NCBI GenBank assembly: GCA_000934665.2
Contig: JYFJ02001944.1
Coordinates: forward strand, 1 to 64,000
From: Catajapyx aquilonaris
Lineage: Eukaryota
Direction: 5' to 3'
Length of the DNA stretch: 64,000 bases
The translations under genes and the position numbers were made by a program. The notes beneath the pieces were generated by a model. That model did no database searches. It had not been told where the DNA came from and saw only the letters and a list, made by a program, of their open reading frames with translations. Below are positions 39,501 through 55,500 of the stretch, in pieces. How positions within the stretch are numbered: position 1 is the first letter of the stretch; each line of letters begins with the position of its first letter.

Positions 39501-40853
39501 CAGTGTCTGAAGGAAACCGTGTCCAACTTGAAGTCTGAGATGCTCGTGACTAAGGAGAAGTTTCACAGCCAGAGCACCAGCTTCCAGAGCGAGATTGCGT
39601 TCACAAAGCAACTTTACGAACAGAGGCTCAGGTATACTGCATGTGAGCATAATAATTAATCGCAAAACATGTCTCAAAATTAATAATTTCAGTGCAATAG
39701 ACGAAGAGCAATCCAAGGTGGCAGTGATGACCCAGGAAATGAAGCAGAGCGTGCATTCCCTGGAAGAGAGGCTGCGGGAAGAAAGTTCGGACCGAAAGGC
39801 GCTCCTGAGGGACAACCAGGACTTGCAGAGGAATCTGAACGACAGAATCTCTGAGATGGAAGCCAGGCAGAAGAGAGAGGCTGAGCTGGAAGTGAAGCTG
39901 GGGGAGTACAAGAAGAGGATGCAAAGTGTCCACGAAAACGAGGTAAGAAATTGGGTGTAAAACAAGCTGAAAATATAGTTGGAGCAGATTATTATCTGAC
40001 ACATTAATTGAATACTGCATGCTTCGTACTCGCAGAAAGCAATTTCGGAGAAGATAAGACAGTGCGAGGACAACGCCTGCAAATACGTCTCCAGAATCCA
40101 GGAGATGGAAGGCACCAACCGAGACCTTCAGAGGCAGCTGCGCGAAATTACACACAGTCACTCTGATCTGTGGCTGAAGCACCTCGACGTTCAACAAGAG
40201 GTGAGTTATTTGTAACAGATGCTAATTATTACTTGGCGACATCGAATATCTCACCCAACGTTATGTGTCGCAATGACAAGCTGGGTACAATGCATACCCG
40301 AGAGGAGGAGCTTCAGCAGGAGCTGAGCGAAATGACGGGCAAGCTGAACCTGAAGGTTCGGAGGCTGTCGAGCAGGTGCAGCCAGGAAAGCGAGAAGGAG
40401 AGGTGGTACCAGTCCCAGCTGGAGAAGATGAGGCAGCAGATAGACGCGGCGCACGAGAAGTTCAGGAAGCAGGAAAGCGCCAGGGCCAAGCTGGACCAGA
40501 GGATCATCTCACTGGAGGAGGATAAGTAAGTGCTGTTTCTTTGTGGGGTTACGTGCCACTCCGAACTATGCGTTTTGTGAATAACAGATGCCGCTTTGCA
40601 CATAATAAAAATATGTTGCATTGTGGCCTCTTGTCAATGCAAGGAGAAATTTTTATTACCGTTACCGTATATATTTTTCAGAAGGCTGAGCCAGCGGCAA
40701 CTGCAGGAGGCGAGGGAGACGCTGGAAGGAGACAGAATCATGAAAAGGACACTCATGGACAAGCATGAGAAGCTTCAAAAGGACATGCTTCGTATATGTC
40801 CGACATACCATTCAATCACCAACAATAAGGCTCCTGCTCACATCAGGAAATAA
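36600..40853 (+). CDS. Uncharacterised protein with a disordered Ser/Asp-rich N-terminus and a long C-terminal coiled coil (~10 exons)
   Basis: Phase-consistent exons include 36600-36890, 37177-37887 and one starting at 38151, with further E/K/Q/L-rich GC-rich exons up to the stop at 40853. Upstream exons near 36120-36500 may extend it. Confidence 0.75.
36990..37126. repeat. Intronic 16-bp minisatellite (TACGTAAGTCGGGGAC)x~8, copy 2 of the family
   Basis: Near-identical units ending in GACTGT, sharing the core of 7657-7846. Confidence 0.92.
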
Positions 40854-42318
40854 ATTCAGTCATCATTGTGTAATAATTATACATTTCGCTTGAAATTTAA
40901 TGTTGGCAACCCTGATGATCAATTGGATAAATTATTGGGTGGTATTGGAAGGGGCAACAATGTTGAATTTCAAGTAAGCAGGACTCTTTAACAGCTAAGT
41001 CGACAGTATGACGGGAGGTGATGATTTATCGTTTGATTTACACCAGTTTACACCCTGTTGGCAAACGAATAAATATGCAGTTGTGGTTAACAATAGTTTG
41101 TTCACGAGAAATTAAAATAATATTCATCGGAATGACAACCAGCATCTGTGACAAAAACGCAGCTCTGCTAAAACGGTTCAAATCCTGAATCTCGTATAAT
41201 AATGCAGTCTAAATGAATCATCGAATCACACAGATTCATAGATGAAACCCGAAATACCTGAACGCCGTATTCGTAATCTAAACGAATCACTCATTCGATT
41301 TAACAGCCTTTGAATCAATCAATAAATCTCTAAATCGCCATCGCAATGTGTGAAACCGATATTAATATGGTGATTCTGGGTTGCAGTATGGGATATTAAA
41401 TATAAAGGTAACGAACCATTAAAAAACCTCCGAGACTTGTTATTGCAAACGTGTCGGATCGCTTATTGCTCTTCTTTGAGAAGAATAAGTGATTCATTAT
41501 TTTATTCTTCCTCTGACTGTATATCACTAGGATGATTATATGCCGATTGCCCAAAACGTTTTTTTTCCCCCCACATGAATATACATCAAGTCCAGGTGGT
41601 AGTGCACTGACTGTTGGCCAAGATTCCAAGGTCCGCTTTAATTTCAAGTAACATATTTGAAGGTCAGTTTTTAAAATCATTCACATATCACATCGCATAA
41701 AACTTATTTTTTTAAAGTGAGTAATGGTTCCAATAATTATTTTCTCTACACTTATCTAAGTGGTTATAACCAGTGCTAACAAATCACAATAATAATCATA
41801 CGCTGCTAGCACCTTTAAAAACTAACTGAAATATCTGCAATGTTTTTTCTCTAAATTTAGGTTAAACTTTACTAAGCCTTCATTGGAAGTGGATAACATG
41901 TCATCTCTGCCAAGAGTTTCTTAAAATAAAGGTCACAGATATGCTGGCAGGCATTTTCCAAAATCTAAAAATTAGACATTACCTCAGATATCATGTTTGT
42001 GATGGTGGAGAAATAATCCGCCATTATATTCACGAATAATGCTGCAATTGTTTGGGCCGAAAATAATTAAAAGGAAGCTCATGATAATAAGACGTAATAT
42101 TGAAATTTTGTGATCGGTTTTATTTGGCCTTTCATCCATTAACACATTTTTGTATAAAAGTTTCAGATACTGTACCTTAAGAGAAAAAAAATCGTCCCGT
42201 ATGATAACCGTTGAAATTAGCTTCTTAAAATAACTAGTCCTCTTTTTTTTAACAAGATCAATACCGTTGATTTCCCAAAATTCAAATTGGAACATGTTTA
42301 CAAATACTTTGGAACTTA

Positions 42319-44698
<2,380 letters not shown>

Positions 44699-44725
44699 GT
44701 TTGGTAGCTGCTTCCTCCAATGTCA

Positions 44726-44768
44726 GCTCCTGGTAGCTCAGTGGTTAGATCACCTGATTCGCAATAGG
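44726..44768 (+). pseudogene. 5' half of a tRNA-like sequence (possible CGC anticodon) or SINE-head remnant
   Basis: TAGCTCAGTGGTTAGA forms an A-box/D-arm and CCTGATTCGCAATAGG an imperfect anticodon arm; no T-arm or B-box follows. Confidence 0.4.
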
Positions 44769-45812
44769 TCTGCTTCCTCCAGTAGACGTATCCTTTAATT
44801 ATTGTCATTATTTATTTATTATTTAATTATTATTATTCCAAAAAATCTTTCATACTCAGTTGATAATGCCACACTGGCACTTACTGTTAGTAGCAATAGC
44901 AACTATAATATGCAATGATTAGTATGCCAAGTGAAGCTTTTTAGATAATATATTGCTATAATTATGTAAATAAATGCCTCCTGCAGAATTGACAGACAGA
45001 ATCAACAGCAGTTAAAACCAAAATATTTTGCATAATAATTGTTAAGGGATACTTACTTGCGCGATATAATTATGTTGCCAGCAGCAATCACGATGAACGT
45101 CTGAGAACACGCGTACAGAACAACTACATGTAATTATGAATAGCCAGGTATAGCCTATATAGCCCCTATACGATTCAAAAGTTCTCGATGTCCGACAGCA
45201 TTAAGCAAGTACCAGGACCGTCAGACAAGCGTACTCAGAGTACGGAGGTACTGTACTGGGCACCCTGTACTGTGCAGAGACGTGACGCTAATGTCCTCAT
45301 TAAAATATGCAAAGGTCCACAGCAGCATGCAGCGGTCCACAGAGAAAATCATTCTCAGGCCGTGGGGATTCCCCTCGCCATTTCCTGATCCACGACTTTC
45401 GAAAAATGCCCGACGACATACCATTCAATCCGCCAGCAATAAGGCTCACAGCAGAAAATAAATTCAATCAACGTGTAAAACCGTGTGTAAAATTAATTAG
45501 GCCCCCTAAACACCTGAAAATGGCAACGAGATAAATATACGGTAGTTTATGGTAGCATACGGTAATATCTCCTCTGCCTGGTGCTGCCGACTGGCGATCC
45601 AAGATGGAACCTTCTAAATCCAACATGGCCGACTTTTCACCAAAGTTTTATTCAGTTCGGTGTGAACTCATTTTTCAGGAATTTTAGGCCCTTCTTCTTC
45701 CTGCTTCTGGCATGAACAGCACTGGCTGAACACAAAGACCGAGTTAGTACTGATCGGGTTTGTTTGGTTTTGGTTGCATTTCTGACATTTTGGTTTGCCT
45801 TGCACGCAGGTT

Positions 45813-46736
45813 ATGCCCCACGACGACAAGTCATCAGAAGTCACTGCGCAGCATCACGTTATAGAGAGCATGTTGGACACTGCCGAGGTACACACTGGGG
45901 AGGTGCATAATAGTTGCTGCACTTGGGAAGTTGTATATGAGGCGTAATTGTAGGGACTCGCACTTGAACCGTTGAACGGTAATGGAAAATGAAGAAAATC
46001 AGGTTGTTACTCAAGACTACTCTGGCACAAAGTTCAAAACTTAATAGTATAATTCAGCTGGGTTAGCCTGAAACAAAATGTGAGAAATGTCGAGACACCA
46101 TATCTGTATGATCGTAGCAATAAAATTCATTTTTGCTATTCGCAGAAACTTAATCTGGACCCAGGCAAGTTCCTGGAGCTGGAGCTGGAGGCTTGGCTTC
46201 TGCAACAGCTGCTCATCCTTGGTTCGAAGCGGGACCAGAAGGTGATTGCGACTCCGAAGCAAGGCTACCTGGTTGTCCCGAAGTCCCAGGCGGAGGTCGA
46301 CTCTGGCTCATTCCTTGTCGACCCGTCGCTCGTCCCGCTTGAGCAGGGATCAAAATTGGAGCCGGACCCACCTGACCTGGAGGAGAGTCAGCATGATTTG
46401 TCTGCACTCTTCCATGCGTGGCATCAGAGCCTGCAGGCTGAAGTGTCATCATTTGCGGCTGGAGAGACTCAAGTTAGAAATCTGTATCAGGAGATATCGA
46501 GGATGAGCCCGGAGGAGTGGGAGGCCAGCAGGGTCAGAGGTACAGAGGATGTGGCTTCGTCAATTCAGAAGGAGCTCTCGATGTTGAAATGCGAGGAAGA
46601 CGAGCAGGTGCCAAATCCGCCCCTGGTGGCCAAGCTGGAGGAAGAGGCGCAGGCGCTTGAAATGATGATCGTCGAGGATAACTGGACAGAAGATTCCATG
46701 CAGCATTTCTACCCATCTAATGAAGTGCAAGAATAG
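45813..46736 (+). CDS. Uncharacterised acidic protein (~221 aa)
   Basis: Exons 45813-45887 and 46146-46736 join in phase 0 with good splice sites; GC-rich codon usage; no family recognised. Confidence 0.7.
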
Positions 46737-48081
46737 ATCGATTGAGAATCGTGCATGGTTTCAGGTCATCTTTGTTGTTGTATGTGATATTATTATTCAC
46801 GAAGGACATTGAGAAAATTCCGCATTGTTAGCCTGCAATACAAAATTTTAACTAAGTCCTTAATTTTAATGAAGATATTTGCTGCTACAATCATTTGTAA
46901 ATTGGCAATTTTTATGCATGTGTTGTAATTTTTGTAATGATGTAAATGTATCAATGAGTCTACTCTTGCTACAATCGTACTCGAAGAAATATTGTGAACT
47001 GATGTCCAAGCTCTTACCGAGATCTCATTGTAACCTCTGAAAGTTTAATGAGGAATATTTTGTTAGATGTTGAGAGAGGTAATTTTAATCCATTCACATT
47101 TTAGAAAGAATGTTATAGCCTACCTGTGCTGCTTCTTATTCATTTTATAGAAAGCTATATTATTTATTACATATTTATTTGTACAGTTCACACAGGATGC
47201 CGTTGTTGACATTGTAGTGAAAGAAAATTTTTCCCTTATTTTGATATGCAGGGACATATTTGAAAATGTTTGTCCTTTGCCCTTCAAATCTGTATTACTA
47301 TTGTAAATAAATATTGTCCAACGCAGTGATCGGTGCAGTAATTTGTTTACTTCTGCAGCGACCCATCATGTGCCTTCGGTGAAAATCTTTTTAGCAATTC
47401 AGTTCGGATCACACTATACTTTAATAGCTAAAATTGGTGCGAAAGCCCTGAGGCACAATTATTATATTATTCCCCTCAGATACGCCCACAAATAAGACTA
47501 CCTGTACGTCAAAACAGTAAAAACATTTTGTAACCTTGCATGTGAATATGGTAGGCCCCTTATCTTGTTTGATTATGAGCACTTGAAGCGAGGATAAGAT
47601 GATCAGTCAGACTTTTTTGATGCCACAACTTCAGATTTATAGAGCATGATGAGGTAATTAATTTCAAATTGCGAATATGGAGCATGTGAGTTACGCTGCA
47701 GCAAAGTAGAGCAGACGTGGATTTTTATGCTCTAAATTAAGTAATTAATGACGTTGGTGTAATATTTTAGCATTTTTTTTTTGAAAAATCATTACAGGTT
47801 ACAGGGCTGTGGAAGTGAATCTTTGGTTGACTCGTCGTACTTGATGTAAGTAATATTTTTTTTTGGAACATTGTTGCTGTGTATCAGTATGCGTCACATA
47901 CTGTGAACGCTGGCTGATTCCCCCACACACTTCAAGTAAAAGTGACGCCTCTGGATTATTATCAGCATGTATGTGTCTTGCCAAATGCAACTCTTGATAA
48001 CAAGAGTACCTTGAACCATATTTGCTCATTGTAACAGCCTAGTTGCTGGTTGTCACTCACACCGTTAACATTCAACCAAAG

Positions 48082-49792
48082 ATGGGCAGCTGTTATCTTC
48101 TGGGCTTCGTGGCACTGGCCTTAATCGCCACAGGTAATTTCTAGGTTAATCCAGGATTTTACTAACACAAGGTGGTGCAAAACCACAAGTATAATGCGTA
48201 TTGTGCTGTAGGACAAGTTATAAAATAACAATTTAATTACTCCATACAATTCAATGGTGTATATTCGGATTGTTATCCACATAAATCATTCCTAAATATT
48301 TTCTTCACTATGTAAATCATTCACAACCAATCCTTGAACTATAATTATACAGTGAGCTCCCTTCCAACTGGTGGTGGTACCATCCTGGTGTACCAGTCCA
48401 AAAATGGCGAAGACGTGTTCATAAAGGCGTACCCGGCTGGGTACAGCAAGTGCATGAAGACGTGCGTTGACAATGGCCAAGATGTAAGTAATCACTAAGC
48501 AACAACCTCTGGACGTAATCTCGAGGTCATCATTGTCATCATCATCATCAACAGCCGTAATCACTTGTTTTGTTTGACGTCAATCAATTTGTATATCTGA
48601 AAGGCGTGCGACCACAGATGCAAGAATCCGCAGGAGGTGCTGAAGGGCATCTTGTCCAACTGCACTCAGGAGGAATACGATGCTTGTGTCGATTACTGCC
48701 ACTCCGTTGGTATCAACTCGACCACGTGTTTCGGCGATGGGAACTGCCTGTGCGTCGAGATGTACGGAAACGACCTGCTGAAGACGAAGATGGCCAAGCA
48801 GGAGACGGAGGAAGAGTGTGAAGACTGCGACGCATATTGCGACCAGCTTCCTTCGCAGGTATACACTATACACACCTGCGTAGTCTTAAAGGAAATTAAA
48901 TAAATTCAAGGGCATGACGCACACCCATCAGTGTGACCGCACATTTTAATAATTACAGGAAGTGACATGCAGCCCTCCCGTCGGATGCGAATGCGACTCG
49001 GACGAAGCCGGTACCATGTACCTGCTAGGTGACGACAAATGCACGCCAGAAGAAATACAAGAGTGTCACGACCGATGCGTCGACAACGGATTCAAGGTCC
49101 GAAACTAATTTACGTATATAATAACACATAATTATTATAGAAGCTCTATTATTTGTTCATTTCATACCCATCGAGAAGAAAATACTGACCTTATTCGATT
49201 ATTGTGGGTATGAAATGGACAAGCAAACAAACTGTGTCGAATTTTCGTCCCACTGCTATACGCGTAGTTAGCCTACTGGCTAACTTAGCAGTACCAGTGC
49301 CAACATTATTATTGACACTGCTAAGTTAATAGCAGTAACTATAGCAGTGCGACGAAAATTCCACCCATCGTCTTTTATAAAAGCTTTTTTTTTCTTTCCA
49401 TTTTACACCTTATTATTCATACCCATAATAATAGAATAGTGTTTTCTGGGTATGAAATAGTAATGAATGGTGGACAAACAAACAAACTTATATAAAAGAC
49501 AATGTTCGTTTGCTTGTCCATTTCACATCCATAAGTTATTATACCCATAATAACCGAATAAGTATATTATTTTCTTCCTGATGGACCGGACAAACAAACT
49601 TTTATCCTTTATAAAAGCTTGTTTGTTTGTTTGTTTGTTTGTTTGTTTGTGTGTTTGTTGTCCATTTCATACCCATTTCATGCCCATAATATAATTATGA
49701 ACCATTTTCTTCTTCATGAGAGTTGATACAACCAGTTTTTCTTGTTACAGGACGGCACGTGTCTGATCCCAGGCTTGTGCTCATGCGCTTAA
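48082..49792 (+). CDS. Secreted cysteine-rich acidic protein with three tandem CS-alpha-beta (defensin/toxin-like) motifs (~205 aa)
   Basis: Exons 48082-48133, 48353-48483, 48604-48858, 48959-49096 and 49751-49792 are all in phase. Signal peptide MGSCYLLGFVALALIATVSS; three C..CxxxC-x9-C-x5-CxC motifs; AATAAA at ~49838. Confidence 0.85.
49150..49690. mobile_element. Nested inverted-repeat (MITE-like) remnants in an intron
   Basis: CATTTCATACCCAT and its complement GGGTATGAAATG recur in both orientations with GACAAACAAAC tails; similar tails occur near 18130 and 62617. Confidence 0.5.
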
Positions 49793-50073
49793 ATCGACCT
49801 GATAACATCTGAAAGTTGAAGTGTTGAACCAATGGTTAATAAAAATCGGTGCATTACAATATTGTGTATGTTGCCTTTTTTAAAACAAAAAAAAATGTCC
49901 GTTAGTGGCCCCTCGTGTGCTGCCTACATTAAAATCAAGCCTCTCTTTCTGTGTGTGTGTTTCATTGGAGCGAGGAAAAGTGGAAGTGTGGCGCATGCGC
50001 TGTTTGAGGGAAGGTTTAGAGCGGGTGGTCGCAAACCATGGAAGGAAAACTAGGGTCGCCCTCAGATCTCTTT

Positions 50074-50188
50074 TCAGTTGACGGTTGAGGGTCGAGGAAG
50101 TGAGTTGTTGAGCTTTTTTCCCCCCCTTTTCCTTTTCCCCCCCATATGGCCTAGAGCTGGACACGCGCTCATTTGCCTACAGGTGAGT
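50074..50188 (+). promoter_or_regulatory. Candidate Inr+DPE promoter and non-coding first exon of a gene extending beyond the window
   Basis: Inr TCAGTT at 50074, DPE-like AGTTG at exactly +28 (50103), and a strong donor CAG|GTGAGT at 50183, followed by 14 kb without convincing coding exons. Confidence 0.45.
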
Positions 50189-51809
50189 CGTGGTGTTATA
50201 AGCACATGTACATTATAATAAGAAATTATATGCTAATATTTGGTGGCGCCTCAGGGTCGCTCCTTGCTTACACACGTAAATGATAAGAAAAAAAAAGTTT
50301 GTTTGTAAACGAGGTCTAACGGAAGGATGTTCAAAAAATTAAGCCAAAATAGTTCAATTTAATTTTCTTTGTTACTTTGGTTTGTTAACAGTCTGAGCTC
50401 TCCAATTGGGAAAAGTAACAGTTTGATATAATATTGCTGTAATATATCGTATGTGCAGGATGGTACAGTACCCAAGTACAAGATCATAAAAAGGCTAAGT
50501 GAACAGGCTGTTGACCCCAGTAATTAGTTTGAAGAAAAGAAAATCTGTTGGAAGAAACTGCCACATAAGGCCTACTCATCTAATAATAATAATAATGGTT
50601 CGCTTAAAAACAATTCGTCTTGTCACAAACATTTAACTTTAATTGCACAATTGTAGTCATCAGCGTCTTGTACTGTCTTATCGTGTATGCTACATATTTA
50701 GTATTAAAAGTTGTAGGTTTTGGTATGTAGCCTTCGAGTGTATTTACCCCTCCGGCTATTTACGACGCTATTGCTCTCCCACATTTTTTTGAAGTGAAGG
50801 GCGCCTTTTTTTGATGATATCTCAGCACCTTTTATTTACAAAAATTGATCAGTTTTTGCATTCGAATTTTCCTCAATAATGTTAGCACAGAGACTAGCCT
50901 GTAATAGCCTGTATAGGAATACACTTTTATCCAGCTTTTTTATTGTAATACTTTATACAAATATTTTTGATGCCATTCCCTTCAACCTGAACTTTTTTTC
51001 GTCCATGTTCTGTTTAAGTGTTGACATGTTATTTTTTATAACTCATAAAATGATGTACTGAATCCAATTTTAGGCGTTGGTTCCATCTTTTGTATATTTA
51101 AAAAAAACACGCTTTAAATTGCTCGGTACGTTTAACAGTATTGTCTCGAATAGCTGTGACGCAACAGAGGGTTATACCGAACAATCCGACAAAAAATTTA
51201 GACAAAGTCTCCACCTCTCCAAAAAATTGTGAAAGCGTCTCAGTAATACACGAAATATCCTTGTACTTGCCAAGGATTCTTCACATATGAGACAATGATA
51301 ATAAAAAAAATGTCAGTGCGGTTTTCTCGTGAATCACATCAGAAAACTGACGGAATTTTCTCGAAAAAAAAGAGACCACACACTCGCTGATGACATACAC
51401 GCAGAGATTATTTTTTTCCCTCCACACATCCTGCTTTTGAGTGTCTAACAGTGAGTTTACTTTTCTCCGAGGTATATATCGAGGGTGTGTCTCCCGAGTG
51501 TGAAGAAATGAGATACCACGTGAAGGGAAACGATAAAAATAACGCAAGTTTTTCAACTCGACGAAAAACTTTAGGGGGGTAGAATTTTTTTCTATCTGAC
51601 TCAGCTTAATGTGTGTGTGCTGTTTTGAGGGTTGTCAGAAATTTTTGGCAAGCTTTGGGAATCTGGTATCGTAAAAACGTCGCGTGTGAGACGCGCTGAT
51701 TACTAGGTATCTTTATAGGACAAAAAAAAATAATGAGAAGAAAAAAATCCGACCTTGTTAACCACCTTCAATCGCAAGTTCAGATAGCAATTACTGCACT
51801 TGTGTAATA

Positions 51810-52560
51810 AGAAAAGTGTAGGAAAAATCTCTGAAGACTTAGAGAAAATAAAGGAAAAAAATCACAATTAACTAACATTCGGAGCGACGTGTAGAATCAC
51901 AAATTATTAAAATCTCCGATTATTATAGTCATTCCAAAAATAAAAAATTATTTTAAAATGACTTGACTAACTTGTAAGAGAAAATCCCCGTCAACATATG
52001 AAACAACGTATATAAATAAAGGAAAAATCGCAGTAATTAAATAATATATTTGGACCGATTTGTATAATATCGAAAATTAAATCGAAGCCATTAGGACAAT
52101 CTCCGAATATGTTTACGCATTCCCAATATTTTTATTATTTATTATATTTATTTTAAAAATGTGATAGCTATAAGAGAAAATCTCCGTCAATATGTAAAAC
52201 AACATAACTAAATATCAGGATATTAAAATAAATTATTTTTTCGGACTAAATGTGTAATACCGGTAAGTTACTGCAAATTAAATCGAAGCAAGATCAGGAA
52301 AATTTCTGATTACGGACAGATATTCCCAAAATATGCAAAAAGTTATTAGAAAATAAATTGGCTAAGAAAAACTAGACTCAACATATAAAACAGCAACGAC
52401 AGTGATTAAATAATACATTTGGACTGATATGTATAATATTGCAAATTAAATCGGAGCATTAATCTCGGAATATGTTCAGGCATTCTCCCAATACGACAAT
52501 TTATATTAAAATAAGTTGGCTAAGAGAAAATCTCCGCCAACACATAATAACATATTTTCC
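51810..52560. repeat. Degenerate tandem repeat with a ~160-195 bp unit
   Basis: TAAGAGAAAATC(T/C)CCGTCAA-like heads recur at ~51975, 52171, 52363 and 52521, with AAATTAAATCG and TTTGGAC motifs in register. Confidence 0.7.
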
Positions 52561-55500
52561 CTTAATTTTGCGATGATACAAGCGGTACTTAAAATGTTGA
52601 AAGCGCATCAATTAAAACCAGAAGTGTCGGATAATCTTCCCACCAACTTTTGTGTGTGTGTGTGTGTGTCTGGTGTATTATATGAGCGTTACTCTTTCCC
52701 ACCGCAGCGTAATAGTAACTGTACTCATCTTAGGTAATCTCACCTCCATTTTTTCCCCCCTTCACTTTCACCAAAGTTTTTCAAACTATGGCCATTGATC
52801 TCTAACCATTCGAGCCGAAAAAAAAGACGGACCATTTTACTCCTCTCCTTGCAAACCACAACCGGAAGTCGTCCCCAAATTATACATCGTCATACACCAA
52901 CCATGACCTACTAAAAAAAACTAGGCGTATATTTCCGGTAAAGCTCATCAAATTTAATATTTTTTTTTCTCTCTCTCTCTACCAAAATGTGTCCACTTCC
53001 TTCTTCCGCGACTGTGACCATCATGTGGAAATGGTCGCTACGGGATCTTTGTTAGAAAACTACCGGGTAATTAATGTACAGAAGGGATGGTATTAAAAAG
53101 TGTCCGTCACTCGAGTGACGATTTTTTTCTAAGTCGTGGTTACAGGAGCAGTCAAAACCTCTCTCTCGTTTTAAAAATTCGGTCGACCTGAACTGGAGTA
53201 ATTAGGAAGAGCGGGCGTCATGCTTCGGAAGCCCATCCGTACTCTGGTATAGCACAAGGTTCAGTGTCTCGTCGTGTGTACAAAGAACTGCTCAAAGTAC
53301 ACAGTTAGAGCCAGAAAGTTACAGTGAATAAAATAAAAATAAACAAATACACAAAATGTAATACGAAATAGTATCAAAACCAGTATAAGTGCATCTGTCC
53401 GCGGTGAGTCATCAGCAGTGCGCCATCTATGTCAGGCACATGGTACTTTGTCATAAACATATTAAACTTCACAATTACCGGTACGAAAAATCATGAGTTG
53501 AAGAAAAGTGACGTCACTTTGGTGATGACGTGTTCTCGCACAAATTGGCGAAAATTATTTGCGATTCATGATGCGATTACTAGCGTTAGAAGCCCGGTAA
53601 TTCAGGCGGAATGTTTGATATTGTGTTAGGGGATGCTGAGAGTTGAAGTCAAAATTGAAACTTTAAATTGGTTAGTCAGTGATTGTTCATGTTGCTGTTT
53701 TTTTTTGCCATTATGTCGAGGGGGGGAAACCCCGCTGGGAGTACAATTTGCAAATTTCGTTTTGCACCGATTTTATAGCCGAGGCGAATGTCCGAGAGAT
53801 TTCTGTCGATACGCATCTGACTTATCACGGTCTTCCGCTATACGCATCGGTACAATGTTTTAATTAAAAGGCGTTCTCATGTACCCTGCGTAATTAAACG
53901 GATGTGGTACGCCATATGCAAGGGGGGGCCCTCCATAGGTTTGGTCATAAATTAGGTACTAAAAGCTGTTACAGGCTTGAGTCATACAAGCTGTCAGACG
54001 ACTCATCTTTATAAGTATACACTGAACTGTGGAAAATCACTCCGCTTTTGGAGGTAAATAAATATTGCATAGAATAAAATTAATAATGTGTAGTTGCGTA
54101 GTTTATTAGTTTCATTAGCTACCCAGTTTATTAGTTACAACTTATATAGATTATAATCTATATAACCAATAAGCTTTGTAACTAATAACACTAAAAACTA
54201 ACTAATAAAATAATTATAAACTAATGTAACTAATAAACAATATCATATTAATACATAAATGCGTGTCTATACCATCATGTTACTTTTCGAGCGTTATCGT
54301 TGTAACTTATTGCAACTCCAATAATTTTTAATGGTTGTAACGGTCTGTTACAATGGTAGCTTCCAAAACATCCGTTGTAATCTCTCTAGGTTAGTATTAT
54401 TACTTAACAGGTGTTTTTTTTTTTTATTGCCTGCCATATGAAGACCATTAGGTCGTTTCCACATTGCAGGTCACTTGCGACGCAGATGTCAGAAGATGAC
54501 CCGACCTGACCTGACCTAAAAGAGACGATGGCAGCCAATCCTTCGAGCCAACCTGTCCGTCCCTAAGGTTTTTTTCCCCCTATGCCAAAAACATCTCATC
54601 CGAACATGAGACGACTGGTAATCGCCTGCTTATTCACTGCAGCCATCGTCAATGGTAAGTTACAGCCGAAAGGAAGTGATTGTCCACCCCAGCAACCGCA
54701 GAGGCAACAAGTCCGGGTTGCTGGGGCGAACAATCTTGTATTACTTGGAGCAAAAATGTAGGTGAATGATAACATTTTATGATCAAAACATTGCACCAGT
54801 AACGTTATCGCAATTTTTTTTGAAGCCATTTACCGCACTCCACTTGCAATATTGTTGCGTAACTGAACTTGCGATTACAGCTAGAAAGCAATGGAGGTTA
54901 CGTGTGTGAGCGAAAGGCGGGTTAACAGTTTATTTTGAGTGTAAGTGAGTGTGACTATAGGACGTGTATGAAAGCCATAGCATGACACATGTCAGTGCAC
55001 TTTGACGCATGCAGGAAGTACAATAGTAATGGGTATACTATTTGAGTGTACACAACAGTTTCATAATATAAAACAGCACATGTTTAAGGAGAAAGGGAAC
55101 ATTAGCTGAAACAGTGTTTAAAACATTATCATTCACATGCTGGGTTTACTTAAACTATTTGAATTCCGTCCAATATTTCGCAATATTTCCATAAATCTCC
55201 GGTCGCGTGAAAGAATGCAATCTGCTGATAGCTCCAACAATGACTCCTTTATTCAACACGTCTTATGACAATGGACATATTGTCTTGATAACAAGAAGAC
55301 GGCACATTTCAAAACCGCCCACTTTGTTTCGCAGCCGTGTGAAAATAATTCTCCCTCCCCAATAATTACAAGCAAATATTGCGTGTCCTTATCCATTATT
55401 TCAGACAGGTTTTGACACGCTCAGTGATATAGTGACATAAGACCAGTGAATGAAGCCTGTCATGCAAGACTATCGTGACAATATTATATGTCGAGCTCTG

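Noticed and set aside
39357..40197. Long minus-strand ORFs (253 aa and 189 aa), likewise 37201..37701 and 38160..38744
   Set aside because: Antisense shadows of the coiled-coil gene exons.
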